Part shown: in pieces, positions 19,853 to 30,230 of the stretch
How the letters are laid out: each line of letters starts with the position of its first letter
Numbering within the stretch: the stretch's first letter is position 1
DNA from: Trichomonas gallinae
Taxonomy: Eukaryota
Direction of reading: 5' to 3'
Assembly: GCA_008369845.1 (NCBI GenBank)
Contig: MRSU01010140.1
Span: 1-33,024 of the forward strand
DNA length: 33,024 nucleotides
Notes under the pieces: generated by a model
Database searches by the model: none
Seen by the model: only the letters and a program-made list of their open reading frames with translations
What the model was told of the DNA's origin: nothing
Position numbers and translations under genes: made by a program

Positions 19853-21169
19853 ATGCCGCCAAAAGCACGTACTGAGGAAGAGATAGACCCAATCGAGCTT
19901 TTCAAGATCAAGCGCCTTATCAACTATCTCCGTGATGCTCACGGCGATGGTACATCAATGGTTACAATTCTTATCCCACCAGGTGATGCAGTTCACAGAA
20001 TGCGCCAGAAACTTACAGATGAACTTGGTACAGCGTCAAACATCAAAAACAGAGTTAACAGACAATCAGTCGAAGCTGCTATCACTGCCGCTATTCAAAA
20101 ACTTTCTCAATTCAACCAAACACCACCAAACGGCCTTTGCGTCTTCTGCGGAACAGTCATCGAAGATGGCAAGGAAAAGAAACTTATGAAAGATTTCGAG
20201 CCATTCAGACCACTTCATCAGTCACTTTACATTTGCGATCGCAGATTCCACGTCGAGCCACTTGCTGACCTTCTCCAGACAAACGAGAAGTTCGGCTTCA
20301 TCATTATGGATGGTCAGGGTACACTTTACGGTATGGTCGCTGGTGCATCCCGCCAAGTCCTCCACAAATTCTCCGTCGACCTTCCAAAGAAGCACAACAA
20401 GGGTGGTCAGTCTTCCATCCGTTTCGCACGTCTTCGTCTCGAAGCTAGACACAACTACGTTCACAAAGTTGCTGAATACGCCGTACAGCACTTCATTCCA
20501 GACGGTGCTGAGCCAAATGTTACAGGCCTTATCCTTGCTGGTTCCGCCGATTTCAAGAACGTCCTTGCCCAGTCAGATCTTTTCGATATCCGTCTTCGTA
20601 AGATCGTTCTTGGTATCTACGATATCTGTTACGGTGGTGAAGAAGGTTTCAACCAGACAATCAAGATGGCTGCTCCACTTCTTGCTGATGTTCGCCTTGT
20701 TCGTGAACAAGAACTTCTTCAGAAGCTTTTCGATACAATTGGTCAAAATGGTCCATGCTCATTCGGTATCAAGGAAACAATGATGGCCTACGATTCTGGT
20801 GCTATCGAAACATTAATACTTTGGGATGAGCTTAATGTCTACAGATGCCTTATGGAAACAGATAGTGGTGACCAGGACATCCAGTACTACACAGAGTACC
20901 AGCTCGAGAAGGGTGAGCACCTTAAGGGTGAATTCCACCATCTCAAGGAGAAGATCCTCCTCACAGAATGGATGGCTGACCACCACAAGGAGAAGGGTGC
21001 TAAGCTCGAATTCGTTACAGATAAGAGCCCAGAAGGTGCTCAGTTCATCAAGGGCCTTTCAGGCATCGGCGCATTCCTCCGCTTCCAGATGAGCTTTGAT
21101 GTTTATAAGGAGAATACCGATGATGATGGCTTCGACTCTGACTTCGATGATGACGAAGACCTTCTCTAA
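19853..21169 (+). CDS. eRF1: Eukaryotic peptide chain release factor 1
   Basis: GTSM, TASNIKNRVNRQSV, YICDRRF (YxCxxxF), GGQS, YGGEEGF, acidic tail; codon usage biased to TTC/ATC/AAG/CGT, suggesting high expression. Confidence 0.98.
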   Translation: MPPKARTEEEIDPIELFKIKRLINYLRDAHGDGTSMVTILIPPGDAVHRMRQKLTDELGTASNIKNRVNRQSVEAAITAAIQKLSQFNQTPPNGLCVFCGTVIEDGKEKKLMKDFEPFRPLHQSLYICDRRFHVEPLADLLQTNEKFGFIIMDGQGTLYGMVAGASRQVLHKFSVDLPKKHNKGGQSSIRFARLRLEARHNYVHKVAEYAVQHFIPDGAEPNVTGLILAGSADFKNVLAQSDLFDIRLRKIVLGIYDICYGGEEGFNQTIKMAAPLLADVRLVREQELLQKLFDTIGQNGPCSFGIKETMMAYDSGAIETLILWDELNVYRCLMETDSGDQDIQYYTEYQLEKGEHLKGEFHHLKEKILLTEWMADHHKEKGAKLEFVTDKSPEGAQFIKGLSGIGAFLRFQMSFDVYKENTDDDGFDSDFDDDEDLL

Positions 21170-21604
21170 ATTGGATAAAGTTCTTTTCTAAATATTAAAT
21201 TCTACATTTTGCATAACTTTAAATAATCTCACCCAAATATTCTGATTTATAAAGAATTTGATAACTCAATAAGATGTGTATAGGTTTTAGACAATTATTG
21301 TGTCTTAATGAATAAATTCACTTACAATTTAATCTATTTCATAATTTGATTGTGTTTGATTGTAATGTTTTCATTTATACAATTTCTTTTTAGTATAATA
21401 TTAAACGAATAATGATTAATTTGATCGGATAGCATGAAAATTGATTTATAAAATCTTTAATTCTTCATGAAAATTCGTTTTTATGATATAATTTACAAGA
21501 ATAACAATACTATTAATGCCAAATCTTGTTATGACCCAACATAACTTTCTATATATTTTTAATATCAACCAAAAACAAACGAAGTATTTTTGGAAAATGA
21601 AATC

Positions 21605-21818
21605 GTCACTTTTCGTTCATAGATGTCATTTTTCGGTCGTTATTGTCACTTTTAGATCATAAGACTCACTTTTGGATCATAAGCTTCACTTTTTGATTCA
21701 TTTTTGTCACTTTTTGAATCATAAGTGTCACTTTTTGAATCATAAGTGTCACTTTTGATTTTTATTGTCACCTTTAGATATATCTGTCACTTTTAAATGC
21801 AAATTGTCACTTTTCACT
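21605..21818 (+). repeat. Tandem array of about 20-bp units, consensus near GTCACTTTT(T)GRATCATAAGT, directly upstream of TAF5
   Basis: TCAY-TTT cores at 21606, 21626, 21646, 21666, 21686, 21707, 21728, 21749, 21768, 21787, 21807. Confidence 0.9.
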
Positions 21819-21827
21819 GATTATTTC

Positions 21828-23654
21828 ATGAACAGTCAGCAAATTATTGATTACGGTTATGATGTTCATGCAAGTCAGCAAGTTATGCCCAATACAGGCG
21901 GTGACATCTACAAGGATGCCATCGACACTATGAAAGACTTAGAGGATCCCAATCAATTACCAAATCACTACGCAGCGGTCAAAAATTGGATCATCACGAC
22001 TTATCCACCGGACTCCATTCAATACAGGGAACTCTACAGAATTCTTTACGCCTTCTACTTCCACTCTCTCGTCAAGATGAAAATGAGCGGACAAGTGAGT
22101 ACGGATGTTATAAAGCGGTTCACTGACATGTATTCTGGTGACCACCACAGATATCACGATCAAAGCAAGCTCAAGAAAGCTCTAAATAGCTCATCTGTGT
22201 CAAGACTTGCGCAATCCAGTTTCAGCTTAAAGATAACAAAGACAACATTCCACACACTCGTGACATACTTAACAGACAACCATTTCATCTTTTTCCTCGG
22301 AATTGTGCAGGACCATCTCGTAGTTACTTATGTTCCTTTTGAAAGGATCCAATACGCTCCTGATCAGATCCAGGAATTCATCCTGCCAGTAGATTCACAA
22401 AGCGAACAAAGAAATGATCCAACTTTGTCATTACTTAAAGATAACATCATGGATTTGGTCAACGCGCATTTGGGTGAGATTTTTGGGGATAAACCAGATA
22501 AAAAAGTTGAACTTTTCGATGATGATGTAAATAAAAGAACAAGCAACATTTTTCCGCTTCCAAAAATCCTTCCAAACCAGATTTTCGCTACAGCAAAACA
22601 AGTACAACTCATGGCTAAGCTAAATAAGACAGAACTTCCAACTTGTGCATATTTTACTTTTCCGGATCATGATATGAGCTATGACATAAATAATGACGGT
22701 TCCCTTATATCTGTTTGCACGGGAACAGGAATCATAAAGTTAATCAGCACGAACGCTTATACAGATATGGATGATCTTCCAATTTTCAAGCAAATCACAG
22801 CCCAAAACGAACGCCAAAGTGGAAGTTTCGAGTTAATCAACCAATCAATGATTCCTCGCTATCCAGTTATGTACCGCGACAACCATATTTCAACGACAAC
22901 ATATTTCAACAGAAATCTCATCGGTCCAAAGTCGTACTGGTCTAAATTTTCACCAAATAGCCGCTTCCTTTTATCTGGTGGCCTTGGTTTCTTAAGAATC
23001 TGGAATTGTGAAAATTCATGCATTTTCTCTCATATTCAAACTCCTTTGTCCGTCAACTGGTGTGGAGACTGGAGTCCATTCAGCCACCAGGTTGCAACCG
23101 GCTGCGAAGACAATGCAGCATTATTATATGATTTGCAGTACGGCGAGCCGATCAGATGCTTTAACCAGCACAACAAGCCCATTGTTGATGTCAAGTTCCA
23201 CCCTAACGCATTCCTTTTGGCCACTTGTTCATGCGATTGTACAATTCATTTATGGGATATTAAGAGTGGTACGAGTACGAGGCAGCTGGCTCACAGGATG
23301 GATGTACCCAGATGCATGCAATTCACTCGCAACGGTAAAATCCTTCTTTCTGGTGATGATTCTGGCGCAATCACCGCCTGGGATCTACAGGAAGGCAACA
23401 AGCTTGGCCACGTCATGGCACATAACGGCCCGGTGAGAGATATCGCGATTAGCGTTGAAGGAACGATTATCGCTAGTTGCGGTGATGAAGGCGACATTCT
23501 TCTCTGGGATATTGACAACTTCAAGACATCAGCAATTGCCCAGGCGAAGCCTCTCAAGAAGTTGCAGCCTAGATATGGAGATACAAGAAGGATTAAGTTC
23601 TCCAATACTAACTTGCTTCTCGCAATGGGATCTAGGGTGCCAGCAAAGGCTTAA
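21828..23654 (+). CDS. TAF5: TFIID subunit TAF5-like WD40 protein
   Basis: NTD2-like HYAAVKNWI...YRELYRILYAFYFHS, LPTCAYFTF before the propeller, WD repeats HNKPIVDVKFHPNAFLLATCSCDCTIHLWDI and HNGPVRDIAISVEGTIIASCGDEGDILLWD. First ATG at 21828. Confidence 0.85.
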   Translation: MNSQQIIDYGYDVHASQQVMPNTGGDIYKDAIDTMKDLEDPNQLPNHYAAVKNWIITTYPPDSIQYRELYRILYAFYFHSLVKMKMSGQVSTDVIKRFTDMYSGDHHRYHDQSKLKKALNSSSVSRLAQSSFSLKITKTTFHTLVTYLTDNHFIFFLGIVQDHLVVTYVPFERIQYAPDQIQEFILPVDSQSEQRNDPTLSLLKDNIMDLVNAHLGEIFGDKPDKKVELFDDDVNKRTSNIFPLPKILPNQIFATAKQVQLMAKLNKTELPTCAYFTFPDHDMSYDINNDGSLISVCTGTGIIKLISTNAYTDMDDLPIFKQITAQNERQSGSFELINQSMIPRYPVMYRDNHISTTTYFNRNLIGPKSYWSKFSPNSRFLLSGGLGFLRIWNCENSCIFSHIQTPLSVNWCGDWSPFSHQVATGCEDNAALLYDLQYGEPIRCFNQHNKPIVDVKFHPNAFLLATCSCDCTIHLWDIKSGTSTRQLAHRMDVPRCMQFTRNGKILLSGDDSGAITAWDLQEGNKLGHVMAHNGPVRDIAISVEGTIIASCGDEGDILLWDIDNFKTSAIAQAKPLKKLQPRYGDTRRIKFSNTNLLLAMGSRVPAKA

Positions 23655-23954
23655 CTGTCTTATTTATATATATATAATAATTTGTTATAACTTTATAAAA
23701 TGTATCAAAATTAATATTATCAAGAAAAAAAAAATGATCTTTTCCTCAAAAATCATTCTACTAGTGCATGTGAAATACGTATTCTTCAATGCGGAAAATT
23801 CATTTGCCGATTTTACATTACAATGACAAAAATGATTTACAAAAATATTTTACATGTCAAATTTGAAATCTTTGAGATTCTCTATTTGCAGCTGCATTTG
23901 TGAGAGTTCTGTATGTTAAAATAATATATTTAACAATAATAATAAAAATAAAAT

Positions 23955-26900
23955 TTAGATTACAATATAATCATCTGGAAGTTCGTGTCCAGAGACAGTG
24001 ATTGACAATACATGAGTTGAAACAGTTTCTTGGATGTATTCTCTCACCTTGTCCATGCATGAGTCGAAGGAAGAAGCTTGAACGTTCAACAGTCTCAAGT
24101 TCAAGTGTCTGAGAGATGCAGGCTGAAATGCGACGATGACTTCATAGATCTTGTCCTTGTTCGTCTCCAATGTGCTTGCTCCCTGAATGTAGACGTTGTC
24201 GTGGAGTGCTCTTGTGCTGACAGCTCTGATGAACTCGTTTGAGGCAATAGTTCTATCTCCGAAAGTCAATTTCATACTTCCGATTGGCGTCGCGATGAAA
24301 ACTGAGCTGTCTCTGTGGTTTCTAATATGCACGAAGCTGTAAGGAAGAGAAATGCTCTTCTTCTCAGACGAGAACTTGACCATCTCATTGTGTACGATAA
24401 CTTGAACTCTCTCTCCGTTCTTGAATGGAATTTCACGAGGCATTGGAGTGTCGCACTTGAAGATTCTCAAGTAAGCGTCGTTAAAATCTGCGCAGAACAT
24501 AACTGTGATGGAATTGAAGATTTCGGTGACTTCTGATTTTCCATAGAAATATGGACGTCCATGTGAATCTGGAGCGATATTGATCAATTTCAAGACAGGT
24601 TTTCTCATGTTGTTCATGAAATCATTTGCAAAAGTGAACTGAGTCTTGAATTTGCCGGTGATTTTATTTATGAGCTCAACATTATCCAGCTGAGGGACCA
24701 AGAAATTCTGTAAGGCTTCGAGGTAGCGCCAGATGAGCATGTAAATTGGGAAGAAGTCGTAAAGAATGAAAATCGATCTGATTAATTCAGACTGCTTCGA
24801 AGAAAGTTTCTCGAAGTACTTGAAATATAAATTCATGTTCTCTATGTATTTCGTGATATTCAAATTCGTGAGCATGGATAATGCGTGGTGAAGGGATGGA
24901 GATGATGACGTTCCATCTTTCACGAAAGTAACAAATCTGGTGATGAAGCTGCTGAAAAATTTCGCGAAATTTATGTAGATCTGGAAAACCTCTGATTTGT
25001 CAATAACGGTTGAAACAGCCTCGATTGCGTCTTTGATTTCTTCTCCGTAGTGATATAAATTGTCAGCCAAGTCACTAAGAAGCATGTATCTCTTCCAAAT
25101 GGCGAACAACAATTTTTTGCATTCTGGTTCATCGCAGACATTGAAGGCCTGCTTCTGATAGTCATTCGACCAGCTGGCTAACTTCATCCTTGACGCGATC
25201 AAAATGATGGCTTCTTTATTATGGTGATCTGCAGCATAATGGAGTGGTGTCCAACCATTCTTAGATTGAATAGAGACGCTTGCATTCTTTTCGAGCAAGA
25301 GCTTGATCATTTGTATCTCGCCCATAGATGCTGCGTGGTGGAGCGGAGACATCTGGTTAATATCGGCTGAATCAATTGAGACACCATCCTGCAGTAACTT
25401 ATTAACTGCCGCTTTATCTTTTGTGATGACAGCTCTGATCAAAGGATTCTGAACACCGCAGACATACAAGAAGTTCATGCAGTTGATTGCTCCGCTCTTC
25501 ACTGCACAGTCGACGGCTGTTTCTCCGGCCTGGTTCTTCAAGCTCAAGAACTCAGCCATCCTCGAGTTGTTGCAGAGAGCTCTGAGCAGCTCCATAGCTT
25601 TGTTTCTGCAGGCGATATGTATAGGAAGGTCGCCCATCTTGTTCTGTATGATTGTCGGGATGCTGAAGTTCTCGTAGATGTACGTAACTAAAGGAGCCAT
25701 ATCGTCGTTAGTTATAAGATGTAAAACGTTGTTTCCTTCGTTGTCTGTAGCCCTGACGTTGGCGTTTGAACGCAAAAGGAACTCAAGGCACGGCACGTTG
25801 TTGACAAGAGCAGCAGTATGGATTGGGTTGTGGCCCCTCTTGTCTGGAGTATCTGTTAAATGCCTCGCTGGTGACAATGCGTGTTGAAGATGTTGTGTGT
25901 TTGTTGAAAATGCGACAATTGTGTGAAGAATTGTGACTTCTTCGAGGACTGGAAGGATTTTAGCTGGCTCGGACAATGATTCGTAAACTGATTTATTCAA
26001 AATTGAGAATTTAATCTTATGGTCAGTAATATTCTTTTCAATTCCGTATGGTGTGACTTTGCAAGTGTATTCCTCCTCTTGGAAGCTCTCCAAAAACTGT
26101 TTGAATTTAATTGTATATCTCATATGATACATTTCCGGCGGCGCACTGAGGATTCTGAATCCTTGTGAGATTGAGAGCGGGAACATTGGCATGCCAAAGA
26201 CATCTTCTGTTGTAATATCAGCATTCAATTGAACCAAAGTTTGGAAGGCTTCTTTTGATAAACTGAGCACTGCATACATAATTGGAGTACGGCCGAAGTT
26301 ATCTAATTCGTTGATGCCGCCTTTTTCTCCAATCTTTTGAACAATTGAAACCATGTTCAAAGCTGCTGCGATGTGGAGGGCTGTAGCACCTGATGAGTTC
26401 TTGTAGCTGATATCTGCTCCTAAATCAATGAGTTTTGCTGCTGCTTTAGTGAATTTATTTTTAATTGCGCAAATTAACAATGAATCTTTCTTATAATCGA
26501 TTTCTGAAAGTAATATATCGCTGCATAAATCACACAAAATGTCTTCGTTTTGGAGAGAAGCTGCAAGAAAAGCTGCTCCAATTATTGCGTTTTTGTTACT
26601 CGCTGATAGAATGACTCTAACTGTCATTCGGCTCTGTGAAACGACAGCAGCCTCCAGTGGGAAGAATCCGTGTGAGTCAAGCATATCGCATTTCGCTCCA
26701 GAATTTACCAAACAATGGCAAATTTGAGCGTCACCGAGAGAAGCCGCAATATGAAGTGGCGTGCAGTCGAATGGTGCAGCAGTAGAGTTTAATAACTGTC
26801 GTTTGAACTTTTCTGTCGATAAATAATGTGATAAACCTAATAAGTTGTGAGTCGCACAGCAAGCGTGTAAAGTGGTTAACGCGTTATGTTCCTCGAGTAA

Positions 26901-27458
26901 TTTAACGATGTTGTCGAATCCTCTGAGCTTCGCCATATCTAGAGGCGTTGCATAACTCCATTTTGGTAAGTGAAAAGTAGAGAAAGAAGGGTCTATCCTC
27001 GTTATTGCAGCATTTATGCACATCGGATACTTCTTGATCAAAAATTCGACTGCTTTAATCTGATTATTAAAAACTGCATAATGGATTGGAAGCCAGCCCA
27101 TATTGGACTTCACCTTGGGAATGACTTCATTCTTCTTAAGGATCTCGAGCATGTCCATGTCGCCGATCTTGGCGGCTATATGTAGTGGAGTTACGCCATC
27201 TAGATTTTGTAATTTGTCGAATTGAAGGAAAGTAAGCAAAAAGTCGGCGGCATTATACGAAGAAGTCATAGCTGCATAGTGTAAAACTGTATTTCCGTAA
27301 TAATCGCGTTCTAATAAAATATCTTGATATTGTTGAAGATCTTGTATTGATTTGACAAACTCAACAAGACGAGTTGTGTTGTCTGTGGCGCTTAAATAAT
27401 GAATCTCCTTCGCTCCAAGAGACTCGAAGTTCAGTCGTTCCTCGAGCGAAGCACGCAT
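23955..27458 (-). CDS. Multi-ankyrin-repeat protein (1167 aa) with a non-ankyrin C-terminal region
   Basis: Many repeats: GNTVLHYAA, GVTPLHIAA, GWLPIHYAV, CTPLHIAA, GATALHIAA, GRTPIMYA, GHNPIHTAA, MSPLHHAA, GWTPLHYAA. Confidence 0.92.
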   Translation of the reverse strand: MRASLEERLNFESLGAKEIHYLSATDNTTRLVEFVKSIQDLQQYQDILLERDYYGNTVLHYAAMTSSYNAADFLLTFLQFDKLQNLDGVTPLHIAAKIGDMDMLEILKKNEVIPKVKSNMGWLPIHYAVFNNQIKAVEFLIKKYPMCINAAITRIDPSFSTFHLPKWSYATPLDMAKLRGFDNIVKLLEEHNALTTLHACCATHNLLGLSHYLSTEKFKRQLLNSTAAPFDCTPLHIAASLGDAQICHCLVNSGAKCDMLDSHGFFPLEAAVVSQSRMTVRVILSASNKNAIIGAAFLAASLQNEDILCDLCSDILLSEIDYKKDSLLICAIKNKFTKAAAKLIDLGADISYKNSSGATALHIAAALNMVSIVQKIGEKGGINELDNFGRTPIMYAVLSLSKEAFQTLVQLNADITTEDVFGMPMFPLSISQGFRILSAPPEMYHMRYTIKFKQFLESFQEEEYTCKVTPYGIEKNITDHKIKFSILNKSVYESLSEPAKILPVLEEVTILHTIVAFSTNTQHLQHALSPARHLTDTPDKRGHNPIHTAALVNNVPCLEFLLRSNANVRATDNEGNNVLHLITNDDMAPLVTYIYENFSIPTIIQNKMGDLPIHIACRNKAMELLRALCNNSRMAEFLSLKNQAGETAVDCAVKSGAINCMNFLYVCGVQNPLIRAVITKDKAAVNKLLQDGVSIDSADINQMSPLHHAASMGEIQMIKLLLEKNASVSIQSKNGWTPLHYAADHHNKEAIILIASRMKLASWSNDYQKQAFNVCDEPECKKLLFAIWKRYMLLSDLADNLYHYGEEIKDAIEAVSTVIDKSEVFQIYINFAKFFSSFITRFVTFVKDGTSSSPSLHHALSMLTNLNITKYIENMNLYFKYFEKLSSKQSELIRSIFILYDFFPIYMLIWRYLEALQNFLVPQLDNVELINKITGKFKTQFTFANDFMNNMRKPVLKLINIAPDSHGRPYFYGKSEVTEIFNSITVMFCADFNDAYLRIFKCDTPMPREIPFKNGERVQVIVHNEMVKFSSEKKSISLPYSFVHIRNHRDSSVFIATPIGSMKLTFGDRTIASNEFIRAVSTRALHDNVYIQGASTLETNKDKIYEVIVAFQPASLRHLNLRLLNVQASSFDSCMDKVREYIQETVSTHVLSITVSGHELPDDYIVI

Positions 27459-27467
27459 AATATTGTT

Positions 27468-27484
27468 AATGAGGGTCGGACCCT
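27468..27484 (-). promoter_or_regulatory. Putative core promoter of the ankyrin gene: Inr-like TCATT overlapping an AGGGTC-N-GACCCT palindrome
   Basis: Minus strand reads AGGGTCCGACCCTCATTAACAATATTATG; the palindrome spans 27472-27484. Confidence 0.5.
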
Positions 27485-28294
27485 AAATTATATTTTTATT
27501 TTTATAACAATTTTATATGTCAAATATTCTCTTTACATGTCATAAATATGTCACTTTTTCATTAAACTTATTTCTATGCGAAAAATTTTTTAATCATAAG
27601 AGAGCCTTATATTTAATCAGCATATTTGTCATTACTTACTAATTATACTCATGAAGTTTGAGCCTCCAAAAATGACTCTAAGTATGGCGTCGACACGTTT
27701 TTCATGCTGTAGACACCTTTTTGTTATGATGTGTTTCATTAATATTGGTATTTGAATATATGCCACTATCTACACCTCATACATAGTTTATTCATTAGAT
27801 TTTCTGTATCTAGATTATCTAAATTTAATAAATCAAATATGATGTAATACGCTCTCGATAATAGTATTTCTGCAATATTTGTAATGTCAGTCTTATAAGA
27901 ATAGCATGAAAATATCTTTTTTACAAAATGAAGCCTATTTCTCATTATATGTTTATGTTTCCATCAAATATCATATTAATTTGTGTTAAAACACTCTTCA
28001 CTGATTTTCATTTTTTGCATTTGCAAAACTCTCCACGGAAATTTTGTTTCATACAAATGTATATCATCTTGAGACCCTGAAAATATCATTTTCTGTTACA
28101 TGTGTCTATTGTTAGGCCACCTTCGCCCTTAACACATTCTAGCGTAATTATTCTTTTGGAAATGAAAGTATTTAATCATGTAAATATGTCTAACTATTAA
28201 TAATATGTAAATATTTATTATTAGATACTGTTCATGTTGAAGTTAGTTACTCACTCCGTATTTTGAGCAATTTTTGCAACTTTTTTCAAAAAAA

Positions 28295-28783
28295 ATGAGT
28301 GTAACTCCAACATTCACTCTGCAGAGTGGCATAGTTTCATACAAAGGTACACCAAAGTCCCCAACAACTGTGTTCACATATACTTCATCGGCAAATCAGG
28401 TGAAAGCGCAAAATGAACAATTAGTGCAATTGAAAGAGCAATATTTGAGATTGAAGGCACAATATACCCAGGAAACAAAGGAGAATAATGCAAGAATTAT
28501 GAGTCTCGAGAGACAATTGAGAAATGAGCAACAAATTCTCGAACAAAAGGAAAAAGAACTTGCTCAGCTCAGATCCAAAGGTGGTATTTCTCACAAGGCT
28601 GGTTCTATTCAAGCTGTCGAAAAGATTTGGGATATTATGAATAATTTTCGTGAGAAAATCAAGAAAGGCGCCCTACAACAGCAGCCCAATGACCAGGCCA
28701 AGAAATGCGTCATGGTGCTTGATGATGACTTAGATGATGAACTCCAGACAAAGATTCGTCCAAGAGCAGTATTTTCGAAATAA
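28295..28783 (+). CDS. Small coiled-coil hypothetical protein
   Basis: ATG 28295 to TAA; S/T-rich N-terminus followed by Q/E/K/L-rich heptads. Confidence 0.75.
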   Translation: MSVTPTFTLQSGIVSYKGTPKSPTTVFTYTSSANQVKAQNEQLVQLKEQYLRLKAQYTQETKENNARIMSLERQLRNEQQILEQKEKELAQLRSKGGISHKAGSIQAVEKIWDIMNNFREKIKKGALQQQPNDQAKKCVMVLDDDLDDELQTKIRPRAVFSK

Positions 28784-30230
28784 TAAACTTGAAATTTCAG
28801 TATAACAAAACTATTTATTTCTGTAAAATGTATTGAATTGTGTATGTTATCATTGAAAATATTGAAATATTCCTATATCGAAATTAAAAAAGCTGTTTTG
28901 CATGCATTCTATATGGTTTTGTATCTGGTTGCATGTTATATTTGCATTAAGGAAATAATGAATTGAATTTGATGAATATATATGTATCTGAAATTTATAT
29001 ATTAAATTCAACGATCCTCTTGTTGATAAAAGGTTTCTGTATGATATAAATTCGAAAATTCTGTTGCAGTAATGACTTGAAACAAGATATGCAAAAAATT
29101 TGCCATGATCTTAACATGAGATGGCGGCCATAGACCTAATGGCATGATATTAAGTACCTATCTAAGTGATTTTGATAGATATGCTGATGTGATCCCCAGC
29201 TTGATATTTTATGCAATAAAAAATATGAAACAATTTTGATTTATTTATGTTCATCTAAGTAATACTCATTAACACTGTAACGTTGAACATCTCCAAAAGC
29301 TTTATAATAAAGTTCGCAAAATAACGAATATCCAAGAAAATTGATTTGAAGACAGATTTATATATAATTGCGTCATTAATGTTAGTATTAAATAGCGTAG
29401 CCGAAAATAAATTCGGCCAAATGAATTGTGAATTATTTCGACAATTTGACACCTAGATTATTTTCTAATTTTATTGTTCTTGATCATATATTAATGTTAA
29501 TTCATCAAAATCATAAATCTTATTTCTGTCTTACAGTTTTAATTATTATTTCATTATGTTCTAGCCTTAGTAATTCCTATTTAATGCTTTTTTCATACAA
29601 AATCAACAATAAAATTTTTGCATTTTATCTAAATAGCGTTTCCTCAAATATTTTTACTATAAAATTAAATAATAATATTATCTAAATACAGATCATAAAT
29701 TAAAATTATTATATAAAATAAAAAGCTTTTTGGATCTAATAAGATAGTATGATATAATATAATATTACAAAATAATTAATTATTTTGATATTTTAGAAAA
29801 AATACAAAAAATATTTCATGAAATGTCATAATTTTGTTATTAAAGGAAAGTTTATATTAAGTTGATAACAAATATATTAGAAAATCGAAACATTAAAAAA
29901 ATAATTAAAACTTGGAATGCAAACGTTTTTAATGAGCATTTGTACATAATTTACCACAAAATTATACACATTATATAATATTATATGATACATTTGATCA
30001 AAAACGTAAAAAAGATTATCAAAAAAATCAAAAAATGTATTTAACAAAAAAACTAAGCGATTTTTGTTACTAAAACTATGCGAAGAATCCAAAAAGCAAA
30101 TAAAAAGACCCTCAAATAATCATAACGCAAATCGTTTACATTCAGTGTAAAGTGTTTATCGTCGCTAACCGTCAACAAACGGACCCTCTATTTCTGAATA
30201 ACCGCTTTTCTATATATATAAATACATCAA

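Noticed and set aside
21605..21818. CRISPR-like appearance of the regular repeat
   Set aside because: The period is only about 20 bp, linkers resemble each other, there are no cas genes and the context is eukaryotic.
27600..28200. Coding-like patches on the minus strand
   Set aside because: Many stops and no recognisable family; BLASTX would be needed.
29220..30092. AT-rich short ORFs and a possible minus-strand gene relic
   Set aside because: Low-complexity I/F/N/K translations with no motif.
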